A DNA stretch of 64,000 nucleotides from an uncultured delta proteobacterium (GTDB lineage: Bacteria; Desulfobacterota; Binatia; Binatales; Binataceae), in contig CAVXXK010000001.1 in NCBI GenBank assembly GCA_963765675.1, forward strand, positions 2,080,001 to 2,144,000, written 5' to 3'. The notes beneath the pieces were generated by a model, which worked only from the letters and a program-made list of their open reading frames with translations, was not told the DNA's origin and made no database searches. Below, piece by piece: positions 1 through 10,424 of the stretch. How positions within the stretch are numbered: position 1 is the first letter of the stretch; each line of letters begins with the position of its first letter. A program made the position numbers and the translations under genes.

Positions 1-140
1 ACGACGGCCGGTGGCCCGCTCTTCTGGATCGCCGCGATTGCCAGGATGATCGCCAGGATCAGGACAATCGGACCACTCGAATATGCGGGGTCGGGGATGG
101 AAGCGGAGGAGGGACCGGAAGTCGCGGATGTCTCAGCCAT
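1..140 (-). CDS. Partial N-terminus of a membrane-anchored protein running off the window
   Basis: ATG at 140; manual translation MAETSATSGPSSASIPDPAYSSGPIVLILAIILAIAAIQKSGPPAV... has a hydrophobic helix; divergent from the GT9 gene. Confidence 0.45.
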   Translation of the reverse strand, partial: MAETSATSGPSSASIPDPAYSSGPIVLILAIILAIAAIQKSGPPAV

Positions 141-258
141 TGTCGCGCGTTTTACCTGCCGCGGGGCCGCGACCGCAAGCACTCCCCGAGCCCCGCTTTG
201 CCCGCAGCGTCTGCGCCGATATCATCGTGCGCGAGGGGCGTGTCCTTCCGCCTCGACC

Positions 259-1365
259 ATGAACGACCTCGAAGCTAAGACCGCTCCGGCGCTCGCGCGT
301 CCTCCGCGGCGGATATTAATCGTCCTGCACGGCGCGATCGGCGACGTGGTGCGCGCGCTGCCGCTTTTGGGCCGGATACGCCGCGGATGGCCGGATGCGT
401 TTATCGCGTGGGCGGTTGAACCGAAATCGGCGCCGATTCTCGAGCGTCATCCGTGGCTCGACGAAATTATTCTCTACGATCGGCGGCGCGCGCCGTGGTC
501 GTTCGTCCCGTTCCTGCGCGAAGTCCGCGGCGGACATTTCGATTTGGTCGTCGATCTCCAGCGGCATCTGAAGAGTGGCCTCACCTCTATCGTTTCGGGT
601 GCGCCCGATCGAATCGGCTTTGGTCCCGCCAACACCAAGGAACTTAACCATCGCTTTTCCACGATCCAGATTGCGCCGCAACCGAATCTGCGTCGAAAGC
701 TCCTGCAGTACCAGGCATTTGGCGACCGGCTGGGATTGCCGCCCGCGCCGATCGAGTTCGGACTCGAAGCGTCGGTCGAAGAAAAATCGCGTGTGCACGA
801 ATTGCTTGCCGGCGCGCCGCGTCCGCTCCTCGGCGTGATTTTGGGTTCGTCGTGGCCGAGCCGGATCTATTTTCCCGAGTCGGTCGCCGCCGCAATCAAA
901 GAGCTGGCCCGGCCTTCCGACAGCGCGCCCGCGATGTATCCTGTTCTGCTCGGCAGTCCGGACGAAACTGAAATTGCCGCCGCGGTGATGCGCAATCTCG
1001 GCGATGTCCCCGCGCTCAACCTGGCCGGACGAACGCAGTTGCGCGACCTGATCGCGATCTTCCCGGAATGCGCCGCCGCGTTTGGTCCGGACTCGGGACC
1101 GATGCATATCGCTGCTGCCGTGGGATGTCCCATCGTGTCGCTGTGGGGCGCAACTGCGCCCGAGCGTTCCGCGCCTTGGGGTTATGCCCGGTTCGCAATT
1201 ACCGGCGCGATCCCGTGTCATCCGTGTTATCTGCGCGAGTGTCCGATCGGCCGCGAATGCATGCGGCGGATCGCGCCAGGCGACGTCGCGGCGGCAGTCC
1301 GTCGAGCGATTGGCGCCGCGCCATCTGAATCGGTCGATGCGATCACGAGCGAGGCGCTGCGATGA
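259..1365 (+). CDS. GT9 LPS heptosyltransferase (WaaC/WaaF-like)
   Basis: RILIVLHGAIGDVV, FDLVVDLQ, DSGPMHIAAAVG, CHPCYLREC motifs; ATG 259 preferred over ORF start 46. Confidence 0.9.
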   Translation: MNDLEAKTAPALARPPRRILIVLHGAIGDVVRALPLLGRIRRGWPDAFIAWAVEPKSAPILERHPWLDEIILYDRRRAPWSFVPFLREVRGGHFDLVVDLQRHLKSGLTSIVSGAPDRIGFGPANTKELNHRFSTIQIAPQPNLRRKLLQYQAFGDRLGLPPAPIEFGLEASVEEKSRVHELLAGAPRPLLGVILGSSWPSRIYFPESVAAAIKELARPSDSAPAMYPVLLGSPDETEIAAAVMRNLGDVPALNLAGRTQLRDLIAIFPECAAAFGPDSGPMHIAAAVGCPIVSLWGATAPERSAPWGYARFAITGAIPCHPCYLRECPIGRECMRRIAPGDVAAAVRRAIGAAPSESVDAITSEALR

Positions 1366-2205
1366 GCGGCGACTTTATCGAGCGCGCCGGATGGCGGCTT
1401 CGTCTCGCGGGCGAAGACGTGATCGAGGCGGCTCTCCGCGACCCGATAGTCGCAGCGGCGCTGAACGCGGCGTCGGGAAATGGGGCGCGACTGCAGCGCC
1501 GCTCGCGGCGCGGGTCAACCTACCGTATGCGTGTAGGCGGCCCGTCAGGGGAGGCATTTTTTGTAAAGATAATCGACGCGCCGCGAGGTTTCGGGAAATT
1601 CAAGCGATGGTTTTCGGGATCGCGCGCGGCGCATATCCAGGCGATTTCGGACGCGATTTGCCGCGCGGGTCTGAACGCGCCGGCGGTCGTGTTGTGGGGC
1701 CGCGAACGCTCGAGCGGCCGCGAGCTGGTGATGACGCGGCGCGCGCCGGGAGTGCTGGCGACACGATACCTGCGCGGCGCGCCCGAGGCGGGCTTCGTGC
1801 GCAAACGCGTTCTGCTCCGCGCGCTCGGCGCGGAAATCGCCCGTCATTCACGCCGCCGGTTTCATCCACGGCGACCTGACGCCTTTCAACATCATCGCGG
1901 ACGAATCGCCGCGGATCTCTTTTATCGATCATGAACGCACGCGCAGAGTATGGTTCTGGCGTATCGCGGCGCGCGCGCGCCGGAGAAACCTGGTTCAGCT
2001 CGGCAGATTTGCGTTTTCGGGACTGACCCGCAGCGACAGGATGCGCTTGTGGTCAAGCTATGCCGCGGCGTCGGCGCCTGCGCTCGGACGCGAGGAGCTG
2101 CGCCGCGTGCTCAAGATGCTCGACGCGCGAATCGCTCGCGACGGCGCGCCGGAAATTTTTCACGCGCCGCAAATTCCGGCGGCCGGCGGAGTGCGGGAGG
2201 CCTGA
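1362..2205 (+). CDS. LPS kinase (Kdo/WaaP family), frameshifted near 1845
   Basis: N-part in ORF 1362-1934; shifted frame continues HAAGFIHGDLTPFNII...FIDHERT...RNLVQLGR to TGA 2203-2205, overlapping the next ATG. Confidence 0.75.
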
Positions 2206-2909
2206 TGGAAAAGAAGATCGATCAGACCGCGAAAATTTCCGTCGTCATCCCGGTCTTCAACGAAGTGGCGACGATCGGCACGATAATCGATCGCGCACTC
2301 AATTGCGGCTTCGACGCCGAGGTGATCGTCGTCGATGACGGATCGTCCGACGGCACCGCCGAGTTCCTGCGGAAGTTCGAGCATCCGAAGGTCCGATGCT
2401 TTTTTCATTCGCACAACAAGGGCAAAGGCGCGGCGCTGCGGCTGGGATTCGCGGCCGCGGCGAATCCTTACGTCTTCGTGCAGGACGCCGATCTCGAATA
2501 TGATCCCAACGACTACCGGCTGATGATTGGTCCGCTGCTCGACGGCCGCGCCGACATGGTATATGGCTCGCGCTTTCTCGGCGGACCGCATCGCGTGCTG
2601 TTCTACTGGCATTACCTTGGCAATCGGATGCTGACGCTCGCGTCGAATATCATCAGCGATCTCAACCTGAGCGACATGGAGACCGGGCAGAAGGCGTTCG
2701 TGCGCGACAAGCTGATGCAACTGAAATTGTCGGCCGACCGGTTCAACTTCGAGCCGGAAATCACCGCCAAGGCGGCGCGCGCCAGGTGGCGAATCTACGA
2801 GGTTCCGATCTCCTACTCGGGCCGTACCTACGACGAAGGCAAGAAGATCGGGTGGCGCGACGCGATCGCCGCGCTCGGCGCGATTTTCTACTACCGGTTC
2901 TTCGATTGA
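2205..2909 (+). CDS. GT2 glycosyltransferase (polyprenyl-phosphate sugar synthase-like)
   Basis: ISVVIPVFNE, VVDDGSSDGT, QDADLEYDP, SDMETG, FEPEITAK motifs. Confidence 0.9.
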   Translation: MEKKIDQTAKISVVIPVFNEVATIGTIIDRALNCGFDAEVIVVDDGSSDGTAEFLRKFEHPKVRCFFHSHNKGKGAALRLGFAAAANPYVFVQDADLEYDPNDYRLMIGPLLDGRADMVYGSRFLGGPHRVLFYWHYLGNRMLTLASNIISDLNLSDMETGQKAFVRDKLMQLKLSADRFNFEPEITAKAARARWRIYEVPISYSGRTYDEGKKIGWRDAIAALGAIFYYRFFD

Positions 2910-2915
2910 GCAGAG

Positions 2916-4073
2916 ATGCCGCAAGCCTCATCTGAACCGCCGCATCTCGAATCGAATGCGCCGCTGCGCGTGGCCGGCGTCGATCCGGAGCGTGGCTTCG
3001 CCGGCGGAGAAACACAGGTGCTGGGTCTGACGCTCGAACTCCTGCGAATGGGTCATCGCGCCGAACTGATCTGCGATCCGGCGGGACGGCTCTACGAGCG
3101 CGCGCGGCGTGAGGGCGTCATCTGCCATTCGCTCAAGATTCACAACTCGGTTGATCTGCCCGCGGCGATCCGGTTTCGCGCGATCCTGCGCCACGCGCGC
3201 TACGATGTAGTGCATTTTCATACCGCACGGGCGCACGCGATGGCGCCGTATGCGCGCGGATTCGCGCGCGCCCTGGTCGTCACGCGCAGGATGGACTATC
3301 GGCCGAATCGGCTGTTCGCGCCGCTGCTTTACGGCCGTGCGGTGGACGGTATCGCGGCGATTTCACACGGCGTCGCGGATTCGCTCGCGCTCGCTGGAGT
3401 CCCGCCCGAGCGCATCACAATTATCCCAAGCGGTGTCGACTGCGAACATTTTCATTTCGCCGATCCGGCCGCGCGCACGGCGGCGCGTGCCGAGCTGGAA
3501 ATGGCGCCTGATGCGATGGTGCTGGGGACAGTCGGGATGCTCGAGGCGCGCAAGGGCCATCGCCATCTGCTCGAAGCGCTCGCGCGCATAGTGCGCGGAG
3601 GGGAGGGCGCTAACATGATCTGCTTGATTGCAGGTGATGGCAGCCTGCGCGCCGAGTTGCAGCGCGACGCCGAGTTGCTCGGAATCGCGCGGCAGGTGCG
3701 CTTTCTGGGGCGCGTCGATGACGTTCGCACTGTGCTGGCCGCAACCGATATCTTTGTGTTCCCTTCGATGCGCGAGGGGTTGGGTGTCGCGGTCCTGGAA
3801 GCGGCGGCGAGCGGACTGGCCATCGTGGCAAGCGATACAGGAGGAATTGGCGACGTGATCGAGAGCGGGGTCAACGGAATATTGGTGAAGCCGGGCGACA
3901 GCGAGGCGCTTGCGGGCGCGATCGAGCGGATGGCGGCGGCACCGAGTGAGCGCGCCGCGATGGGACAAGCCGCACGCACTCGTGCGGAGCGGGATTTTGC
4001 GATGACCACGATGGCGGCGCGGACGGTTGAACTCTACCGTTCCTGCCTTGCCGCGATCGGAAGGAAGAACTGA
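2916..4073 (+). CDS. GT4 glycosyltransferase
   Basis: GGETQV, RKGHRHLLEA, PSMREGLGVAVLEA motifs. Confidence 0.9.
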   Translation: MPQASSEPPHLESNAPLRVAGVDPERGFAGGETQVLGLTLELLRMGHRAELICDPAGRLYERARREGVICHSLKIHNSVDLPAAIRFRAILRHARYDVVHFHTARAHAMAPYARGFARALVVTRRMDYRPNRLFAPLLYGRAVDGIAAISHGVADSLALAGVPPERITIIPSGVDCEHFHFADPAARTAARAELEMAPDAMVLGTVGMLEARKGHRHLLEALARIVRGGEGANMICLIAGDGSLRAELQRDAELLGIARQVRFLGRVDDVRTVLAATDIFVFPSMREGLGVAVLEAAASGLAIVASDTGGIGDVIESGVNGILVKPGDSEALAGAIERMAAAPSERAAMGQAARTRAERDFAMTTMAARTVELYRSCLAAIGRKN

Positions 4074-4078
4074 GCACG

Positions 4079-4954
4079 ATGCGGAGCATGACCGGATTTG
4101 GACGAGCGGTGGTCGAGCGCGCGGGCGTACGCGTGGTGGCGGAAATTCGATCCCTCAATCAACGTTTTTTCGAGCTGAAGCTCAATTTGCCGCGCGGATG
4201 GGGCGAATACGAGGCCGACATCCGCAAGACTATCCAGGCGTCGGTCGCGCGCGGCCGGGTCGAGTTATTTATCAAGTACACCGCGCTCAAGCCGCCGCCG
4301 GCGCGGCTCGAAGTCAATGAGAAACTCGCCAATCAGTACGTCGCCGAGCTGCGCCGGATGGGCAAGCGGCTGCATCTCAAGGGAGAACCCGGAATCGAGG
4401 CGATACTGAACCGCCCCGAGATCTTCCACGTCGTCGAAGAAGAAAACGACACGCGCCAGGCGGTCAAGCTCGCGACCACCGCGCTTAAGGGCGCGCTCAA
4501 GGCGCTTGACGCTGAACGCGTGCGCGAGGGTATCAGCACGCGACGAGATTTCGGCGAACGGATCAAACGGATTCACGCGGCGCTGCCGCGGATCGAGCAG
4601 CTGGCGGAAGAGACGCGCGCCGAAATTATGAAAACTTTCGAGGCGCGGATTCGCGAACTGCTCGCGGCGCTGCCGGTGAACGAGAAGCGTCTCTACGAAG
4701 AGGCCTCGATTGCGTCGCAGCACGGCGATATCAGCGAGGAAATCGCGCGGCTGAAAACCCATCTCGAAGGCCTGGAAGCGCTGCTCGATCGCAAGGGGCC
4801 GGTTGGGAAATCGATCGAGTTCCTGCTGCAGGAAATCAATCGGGAGGTGAACACGATGGGCTCGAAGTCGCAAAATGCGGCGCTGTCGCAGGTAACGGTC
4901 GAGGTGAAGGCAGAAGCGGAAAAGATGCGCGAGCAGGTGCAAAACATCGAATGA
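4079..4954 (+). CDS. yicC: YicC/YloC family endoribonuclease
   Basis: MRSMTGFGR N-terminus; FLLQEINREVNTMGSK and EKMREQVQNIE C-terminus. Confidence 0.95.
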   Translation: MRSMTGFGRAVVERAGVRVVAEIRSLNQRFFELKLNLPRGWGEYEADIRKTIQASVARGRVELFIKYTALKPPPARLEVNEKLANQYVAELRRMGKRLHLKGEPGIEAILNRPEIFHVVEEENDTRQAVKLATTALKGALKALDAERVREGISTRRDFGERIKRIHAALPRIEQLAEETRAEIMKTFEARIRELLAALPVNEKRLYEEASIASQHGDISEEIARLKTHLEGLEALLDRKGPVGKSIEFLLQEINREVNTMGSKSQNAALSQVTVEVKAEAEKMREQVQNIE

Positions 4955-4998
4955 GCGTAGTATAAAACATTATTTGCAATCGGCCGGACGCTCTTATA

Positions 4999-5631
4999 GT
5001 GTCAAACTCGATACACCTTCCGCCTCCCAGACGCGGTATAATATTTATACTTTCCGCTCCGTCTGGGGCGGGTAAGACCACGCTCTATCGCGCGGCCCTG
5101 AAAGGAATCGCGGGACTGGAATTCTCGGTCTCGCTGACCACGCGGCCCGCCCGCGGAGCAGAGGTTCAGGGGATCGATTATCATTTTGTGAGCGAAGAGG
5201 AATTCATCGCCAGGCGCGACGCCGGCGGACTCGCCGAATGGGCGCGCGTGTTTGACGCTTCGTACGGAACCCCGCGCGCGCCGCTGGAAAATGCGGTCAG
5301 TGAGGGCCGCGACATCCTGCTTGATATCGACATCCAGGGCGCGCTCCAGATTCGCAAGAAGTATCCGGACGACGCGGTCGCGATCTTCGTTCTGCCGCCC
5401 AGCTTCGCCGAGCTTGAAGGACGCCTGCGCGGACGCGGGACCGAAACCGAAGACTCGATCCAGCGGCGGCTCAAACGCGCGCGCGAGGAAGCTCGCGAAT
5501 GGCCTTCGTACGATTTTCTGATCATCAACAACGAAATCAACCGTTCGGTTGGCGAGCTGTCCGCGATCGTCAACGCTGAACGCTTGAGAGCCTGTCGCCT
5601 GCGCGAGGGGTTCGCGCCGTGGAAGAGCTAG
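4999..5631 (+). CDS. gmk: Guanylate kinase
   Basis: SAPSGAGKTT, TTRPAR..EV.GIDYHFV, LDIDIQGA. Confidence 0.95.
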   Translation: MSNSIHLPPPRRGIIFILSAPSGAGKTTLYRAALKGIAGLEFSVSLTTRPARGAEVQGIDYHFVSEEEFIARRDAGGLAEWARVFDASYGTPRAPLENAVSEGRDILLDIDIQGALQIRKKYPDDAVAIFVLPPSFAELEGRLRGRGTETEDSIQRRLKRAREEAREWPSYDFLIINNEINRSVGELSAIVNAERLRACRLREGFAPWKS

Positions 5632-7859
5632 CGCAAGCTGCCGCCACCGCGCCCGACGAACTCGCCCCGCTCATCGCGCGGGTGCAATCCTACAACTCCG
5701 CCGCCGACCTCCAACTGATCCGCCGCGCGTACGACTTCTCGGCGCGGATGCATGCGGAGCAGAAGCGCGTTTCGGGCGAGCCGTACGTCACGCATCCGCT
5801 GAATGTCGCGATGATCGCGGCCGAGCTGAAGCTCGATGTCGCGTCGATCGTCGCGGCGCTGCTGCACGACGTGGTCGAAGACACCGCGACGCCGCTCGAC
5901 GAGGTGCGCGCGCTCTTTGGCGACGAGGTCGCGCAACTGGTCGACGGGCTCACGAAAGTTTCCAAGATCACCTTCCAGAGCCGCGCGGAGAAGCAGGCCG
6001 AGAACTTCCGCAAAATGATCATCGCGATGTCGCATGACATCCGGGTGGTCCTGATCAAGCTGGCCGACCGGCTGCATAATATGCGCACGCTCGAATCGCT
6101 GAGCGCGGAACGGCAGCTCGAAATCTCGCGTGAGACGATCGAGATCTACGCGCCAATCGCGCATCGCCTCGGCATCTACTGGCTCAAGTCCGAGCTCGAA
6201 GACCATGCGTTCCGCTACCTGAACCCGTCGTCGTACTCGACGCTTAAGGCGTTCGTCGCCAAGACCCGCAAGGAGCGCGAGGAATATATCCGCGACGTGA
6301 TCGCGATTCTGTCGCGGCGGCTCGAGGAGTCGGGCGTCAAGGCGGAGGTCACCGGCCGCCCGAAACATTTTTTTTCGATTCACTCCAAGATGCAGGAGCT
6401 CGCGCTGTCGTTCGATCAGATCTATGACCTGGTCGCTTTCCGGATCATCGTGGCGTCGGTGCGCGAGTGCTACGAGGCGCTAGGAGTGGTGCACGCGAAC
6501 TGGAAGCCGGTGCCGGGCCGCTTCAAGGATTATATCGCGCTGCCGAAAGCCAATATGTATCAGTCGCTGCATTCGACGCTGATCGGTCCGCGCGGGCAGC
6601 GGATGGAAGTGCAGATTCGCACGCGCGAGATGCATGCGGTGGCGGAGGAAGGAATCGCCGCGCATTGGAGCTACAAGGAAGGCGTGCGCGCCAAGGAGAT
6701 CAAGGAGACTGAACGGTTCGCGTGGCTGCGGCGGCTTATCGAATGGCAGCAGAACCTGAAAGACCCGCAGGAATTTCTCTCGACGGTCAAGGACGACCTT
6801 TTTCCCGAAGAGGTTTTCGTCTTCACGCCAAAGGGTGACGTGCTGGATTTTCCTCAAGGCGCGACCGTGATCGATTTCGCATACCGCATCCATTCGCAGG
6901 TCGGAACGCATCTGTCGGGGGCGCGAGTCAACGGACGGATGGTTCCGCTGCGCTACAAGATGCGCTCGGGCGACACGATTGAGGTAATCACGTCAGAGCG
7001 GCAGACCCCCGGAAAAGACTGGGCGAACTTCTGCGTCACCGCGCGCGCCAAGTCGCGCATCCGGCAATGGCTGCGCGCGCAGCAGTCCGAGCGCTCGCGC
7101 GAGATGGGCATTCAACTGCTCGATCGCGAGCTTGAGGGAATTCATCTGAGCGTCGCGCAACTGCGCGGCGCCAAGCGGCTCGAGCCGATGCTCAAGGAAT
7201 TTTCGCAGCGCGATATCGATGGATTGCTTGCGGCGATCGGCTACGGGATAGTCACGCCGGGCCAGTTGCTCAACAAGGTACTCACCCCCGACGAGCTGAA
7301 GCTCTATCGCGACGGCAAGGTCGCGCCGACAGCGCCCGTTCCGCCCGCAACCACGCGCGAGCGCGCCGAGAAAGCCGCGCGCAAGGCGGCGAGCGGAGCC
7401 GTCGTGGTGTCGGGTATCGGCGACGTTCTGGTGCGGTTCGCGCGATGCTGCAATCCGCTGCCGGGCGAGGCGATAACCGGCTTCATCACGCGCGGACGCG
7501 GGGTCACGGTTCACGTCGCCTCGTGCCAGCACGCGCTCTCGACCGATCCGCAGCGCCGCGTGCCGGTAGTATGGAAGGACGGCGAGGAATCGCCGCGGCC
7601 GACGCGACTCGAAGTGCTGTGCGTCGATCAGCCGGGGCTGCTGGCCGCGATGACGAAGACGATCGCGTCGGCGGGCGTGAACATCTCGACCGCGGAAGTT
7701 AAGACTCGCGGCTCGGACGGACGCGCGCTTTCGATCTTCGAGGTTAGCGTGTCGAGCGCCCGGCAACTGAACCTGCTGATGAACGCGATCGGCGCGATCG
7801 ACGGCGTGATGCGGGTCTCGCGGATCGGGTACCACAACGCGACTCGCGACGAGACATGA
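5619..7859 (+). CDS. spoT: Bifunctional (p)ppGpp synthetase/hydrolase
   Basis: HD motif LLHDVVEDT, KLADRLHNMRTL, RFKDYIA..K.NMYQSLH, TGS and ACT domains. Confidence 0.95.
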   Translation: MEELAQAAATAPDELAPLIARVQSYNSAADLQLIRRAYDFSARMHAEQKRVSGEPYVTHPLNVAMIAAELKLDVASIVAALLHDVVEDTATPLDEVRALFGDEVAQLVDGLTKVSKITFQSRAEKQAENFRKMIIAMSHDIRVVLIKLADRLHNMRTLESLSAERQLEISRETIEIYAPIAHRLGIYWLKSELEDHAFRYLNPSSYSTLKAFVAKTRKEREEYIRDVIAILSRRLEESGVKAEVTGRPKHFFSIHSKMQELALSFDQIYDLVAFRIIVASVRECYEALGVVHANWKPVPGRFKDYIALPKANMYQSLHSTLIGPRGQRMEVQIRTREMHAVAEEGIAAHWSYKEGVRAKEIKETERFAWLRRLIEWQQNLKDPQEFLSTVKDDLFPEEVFVFTPKGDVLDFPQGATVIDFAYRIHSQVGTHLSGARVNGRMVPLRYKMRSGDTIEVITSERQTPGKDWANFCVTARAKSRIRQWLRAQQSERSREMGIQLLDRELEGIHLSVAQLRGAKRLEPMLKEFSQRDIDGLLAAIGYGIVTPGQLLNKVLTPDELKLYRDGKVAPTAPVPPATTRERAEKAARKAASGAVVVSGIGDVLVRFARCCNPLPGEAITGFITRGRGVTVHVASCQHALSTDPQRRVPVVWKDGEESPRPTRLEVLCVDQPGLLAAMTKTIASAGVNISTAEVKTRGSDGRALSIFEVSVSSARQLNLLMNAIGAIDGVMRVSRIGYHNATRDET

Positions 7860-8263
7860 AGCGGGCGATCGAAACCAAAAGTGCGCCGGCCGCGATCGGA
7901 CCTTACTCGCAGGCGGTCGTTGTGGGCTCGATGGTCTTTTGTTCGGGGCAGATCGGACTTGATCCCCACACTGGCGCGATCGTTTCAGGCGGAATCGAGG
8001 CCGAGACGCGGCGCGTGCTCACCAATATTCGCGAGGTCCTGACCGCCGCGAAACTGGAATTCGCGGACGTGGTCAAGACTACGATTTTTCTCGCCGACCT
8101 TGGCGATTTCGATTTGGTCAACCGCATCTATGGCGAACACTTCGAGCCGCCGTTTCCCGCCCGTTCGACGGTTCAGGCTGCGGCACTCCCGCGGGGCGCG
8201 AGAATCGAAATCGAAGTTATCGCGATGAAGCGGCCGCGCCCCAGCACGTCGCGGCGCCGCTAG
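7856..8263 (+). CDS. ridA: RidA family reactive intermediate deaminase
   Basis: APAAIGPYSQAV, SGQIG, FPARSTV..AALP. Confidence 0.9.
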   Translation: MKRAIETKSAPAAIGPYSQAVVVGSMVFCSGQIGLDPHTGAIVSGGIEAETRRVLTNIREVLTAAKLEFADVVKTTIFLADLGDFDLVNRIYGEHFEPPFPARSTVQAAALPRGARIEIEVIAMKRPRPSTSRRR

Positions 8264-9011
8264 CTCACATCCAGCACTTTCAGCGCCGCGTCGTCGAAGT
8301 AGCGGCCCGAGGGATCGAGCTTGCGCGCCGAGCGAATCAGGCGCTGCGCGTTTTCGCGCCTGAGAGCGGGGGACAGCGGCCGCGTCGTAGAGCCGGGCCT
8401 TGTCGAGATCAAGAATCACGACCGCGAAGCTTTCACCGGCTTGCGTGACGAACAGATTGTGCAGGTTCAGGTCGGCGTGAAACAGCCCCTGGTTGTGCAT
8501 CGTCGCGATCGCGGCGCGCGCCTTCAGCAGGACGTGGCTGCGGACGACAGGATCGTCGTCGGCGCGCACGAATTCCCACAACGTCATTCCCGGGAATCGC
8601 GCGAGTCAGAAAAAAACCGCGATAGAAGCCCGGTGCGACCGACTCGACGCTTGCGCCCATCGGTTCCGCGACGCCGATTCCCCGCCTGCGGGCCTCGGCG
8701 GCGATCTTAAGCTCCTCGAACAGCCGAGGCTTGAGTCCGAAGAACGTCTCTTCCAGCAGGAAGCGCATCATACCGCCGCGCCTGGCGCGCCGCGCGAACA
8801 ACTCCGGCCCGCCGTCGAGGCTGATTGGGTAGCCGCTTGCGCGATTGCCCGCTCCCGCCATTCGCGTCGGCGATTCGAGCTCGCGCAGGCGCGCGGCGAT
8901 AACGGGAGCGTAGGGAAGAATCTCGCGATGCAATATCAGCACGCGGCGACCCTGCGCGATCCGCGCAAAATTCGGATCGGGACGCCAGTCGATTTCCCCG
9001 CGCGGTCTCAT
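8260..9011 (-). CDS. Kdo kinase-like LPS kinase, frameshifted near 8585 and 8380
   Basis: RRGGMM..RLFEELKI, then MHNQGLFHADLNLHNL..ILDLDKA, then RENAQRLIRSARK to stop 8260; ATG 9011 overlaps the GT87 stop. Confidence 0.75.
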
Positions 9012-10237
9012 CGCACGGCCGCGGCGGGACTCGCGTCGCCGTCGGCCTCGACGGCGCGCGGCATCCGCCAGATTCCGGTTGCGACCGCAAAGAATGCCGC
9101 GATCGACGACAGGAAATGGGCGGAGTAAAAGAGCGCGAGATTGCCAAGCCGGCGTCCGGGCACGAAGTTCAGCAACACGGAGATTGCAAAGTACGCGATC
9201 GCTTTGGGCCGCAGGCGCGCACCGGTCGGCGGCGCGGCCAGCAGCATCGCGCAGAGCAGCATGTACGGCACGATCAGCGCGGCGAAATAGCTTTTCCACG
9301 AGATCGGCGCGAACCCCGGCATCAGGCAGAATAGTCCTGCCAGCGCAGAGCGATCGTGTTCGACTTCATCGCCGGGAGTGCGCACCGCGCGCCAGATCCA
9401 CTGCGCCTCGAGCGCGATCAGCACTGCCTCGAATCCCATCCCCATCCACAGCGGGCGCGAGCTTGCCGCCGCCGCCTCGCCTCCGGCGCTCAGCTCCAGC
9501 CGTGCGATCCCAGCCACCGCCGATTGATTCGTGAGCATCGTGCGATAGCGATCGGTCATCGAGGCTACCGATTGAATGTACGCTTCGGTCTGTTCGACGA
9601 GTCCGTGCGGACCAAAGATTAGGATAGGTGCGGCGAGCAGCACCGCAGCGGCGACGATAGTCCACCCGATCGCCGCGAATCTGCCGCGCAGCAGTAGGTA
9701 AAGCCCAGCCAAAAGGGCAAATGGTTTTATCAGGATCGCGGCTGCGAGCATCGCTCCTGAAGCGATCGAGCGCGATTCGCGCGCGTAAACGATCGCCCAC
9801 ACGCACAGCGCGAGCACCGGAAGATTCACCTGCCCGTGCTCAAAATTGTTGTTGATCAAGATCGAGCTCAAAACCACCGGCACGACAATCAGCGTCGCGG
9901 GCAGAGTCCGTCCGCGTCCGAACAGCATCGCTCCCGACCCGAGGATCAGCGCGACCAGTCCCCATGCGTTGACCAGAAAGAACGCGCCCTGCGCGGCATG
10001 GCGCGGCAGTATCGCGAACGGCGCCAGCACGATCGCGAAGATCGGCGCGTATAAGAAATGATCTTTTTCGCCGGGTGGATAGATTGCGGCGCTGTGCAAC
10101 ACGCGCTTTCCGGCGGCGTAATACACCGCGAAGTCGCCCTGCATGCGAAGAGTGGCCGAGACTCCAAGTGCGATGAGATAGATTGCGAGCGCACACCACG
10201 CGAGTTTGCGCGCGCGCTCGGCCTCGAGCGGGATCAT
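9008..10237 (-). CDS. GT87/DUF2029 membrane (GT-C) glycosyltransferase
   Basis: DFAVYYAAG, FLYAPIFA, GQVN, ILIKPF, NQS, PISW motifs; multiple TM helices. Confidence 0.8.
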   Translation of the reverse strand: MIPLEAERARKLAWCALAIYLIALGVSATLRMQGDFAVYYAAGKRVLHSAAIYPPGEKDHFLYAPIFAIVLAPFAILPRHAAQGAFFLVNAWGLVALILGSGAMLFGRGRTLPATLIVVPVVLSSILINNNFEHGQVNLPVLALCVWAIVYARESRSIASGAMLAAAILIKPFALLAGLYLLLRGRFAAIGWTIVAAAVLLAAPILIFGPHGLVEQTEAYIQSVASMTDRYRTMLTNQSAVAGIARLELSAGGEAAAASSRPLWMGMGFEAVLIALEAQWIWRAVRTPGDEVEHDRSALAGLFCLMPGFAPISWKSYFAALIVPYMLLCAMLLAAPPTGARLRPKAIAYFAISVLLNFVPGRRLGNLALFYSAHFLSSIAAFFAVATGIWRMPRAVEADGDASPAAAVR

Positions 10238-10253
10238 GGCGAATGCGTGCGCG

Positions 10254-10424
10254 TCACTTTAGCGGCTGGGCCTCGTCGATCAGCATGATCGGGATATCTT
10301 CGCGGATCGGATAGATCAGGCGGCATGCGCCGCAGACCAGGCCGTCTTTCGCGTCGGTAAGCTGCAGTCCGCCCTTGCATTTCGGGCAGGCAAGAATTTC
10401 GAGCAAATCCTGGCTAACGGGCAT
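10254..10424 (-). CDS. Trm112/YcaR-like small protein (not in ORF track)
   Basis: Manual translation MPVSQDLLEILACPKCKGGL...LVCGACRLIYPIREDIPIMLIDEAQPLK; canonical position after lpxK. Confidence 0.9.
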   Translation of the reverse strand: MPVSQDLLEILACPKCKGGLQLTDAKDGLVCGACRLIYPIREDIPIMLIDEAQPLK

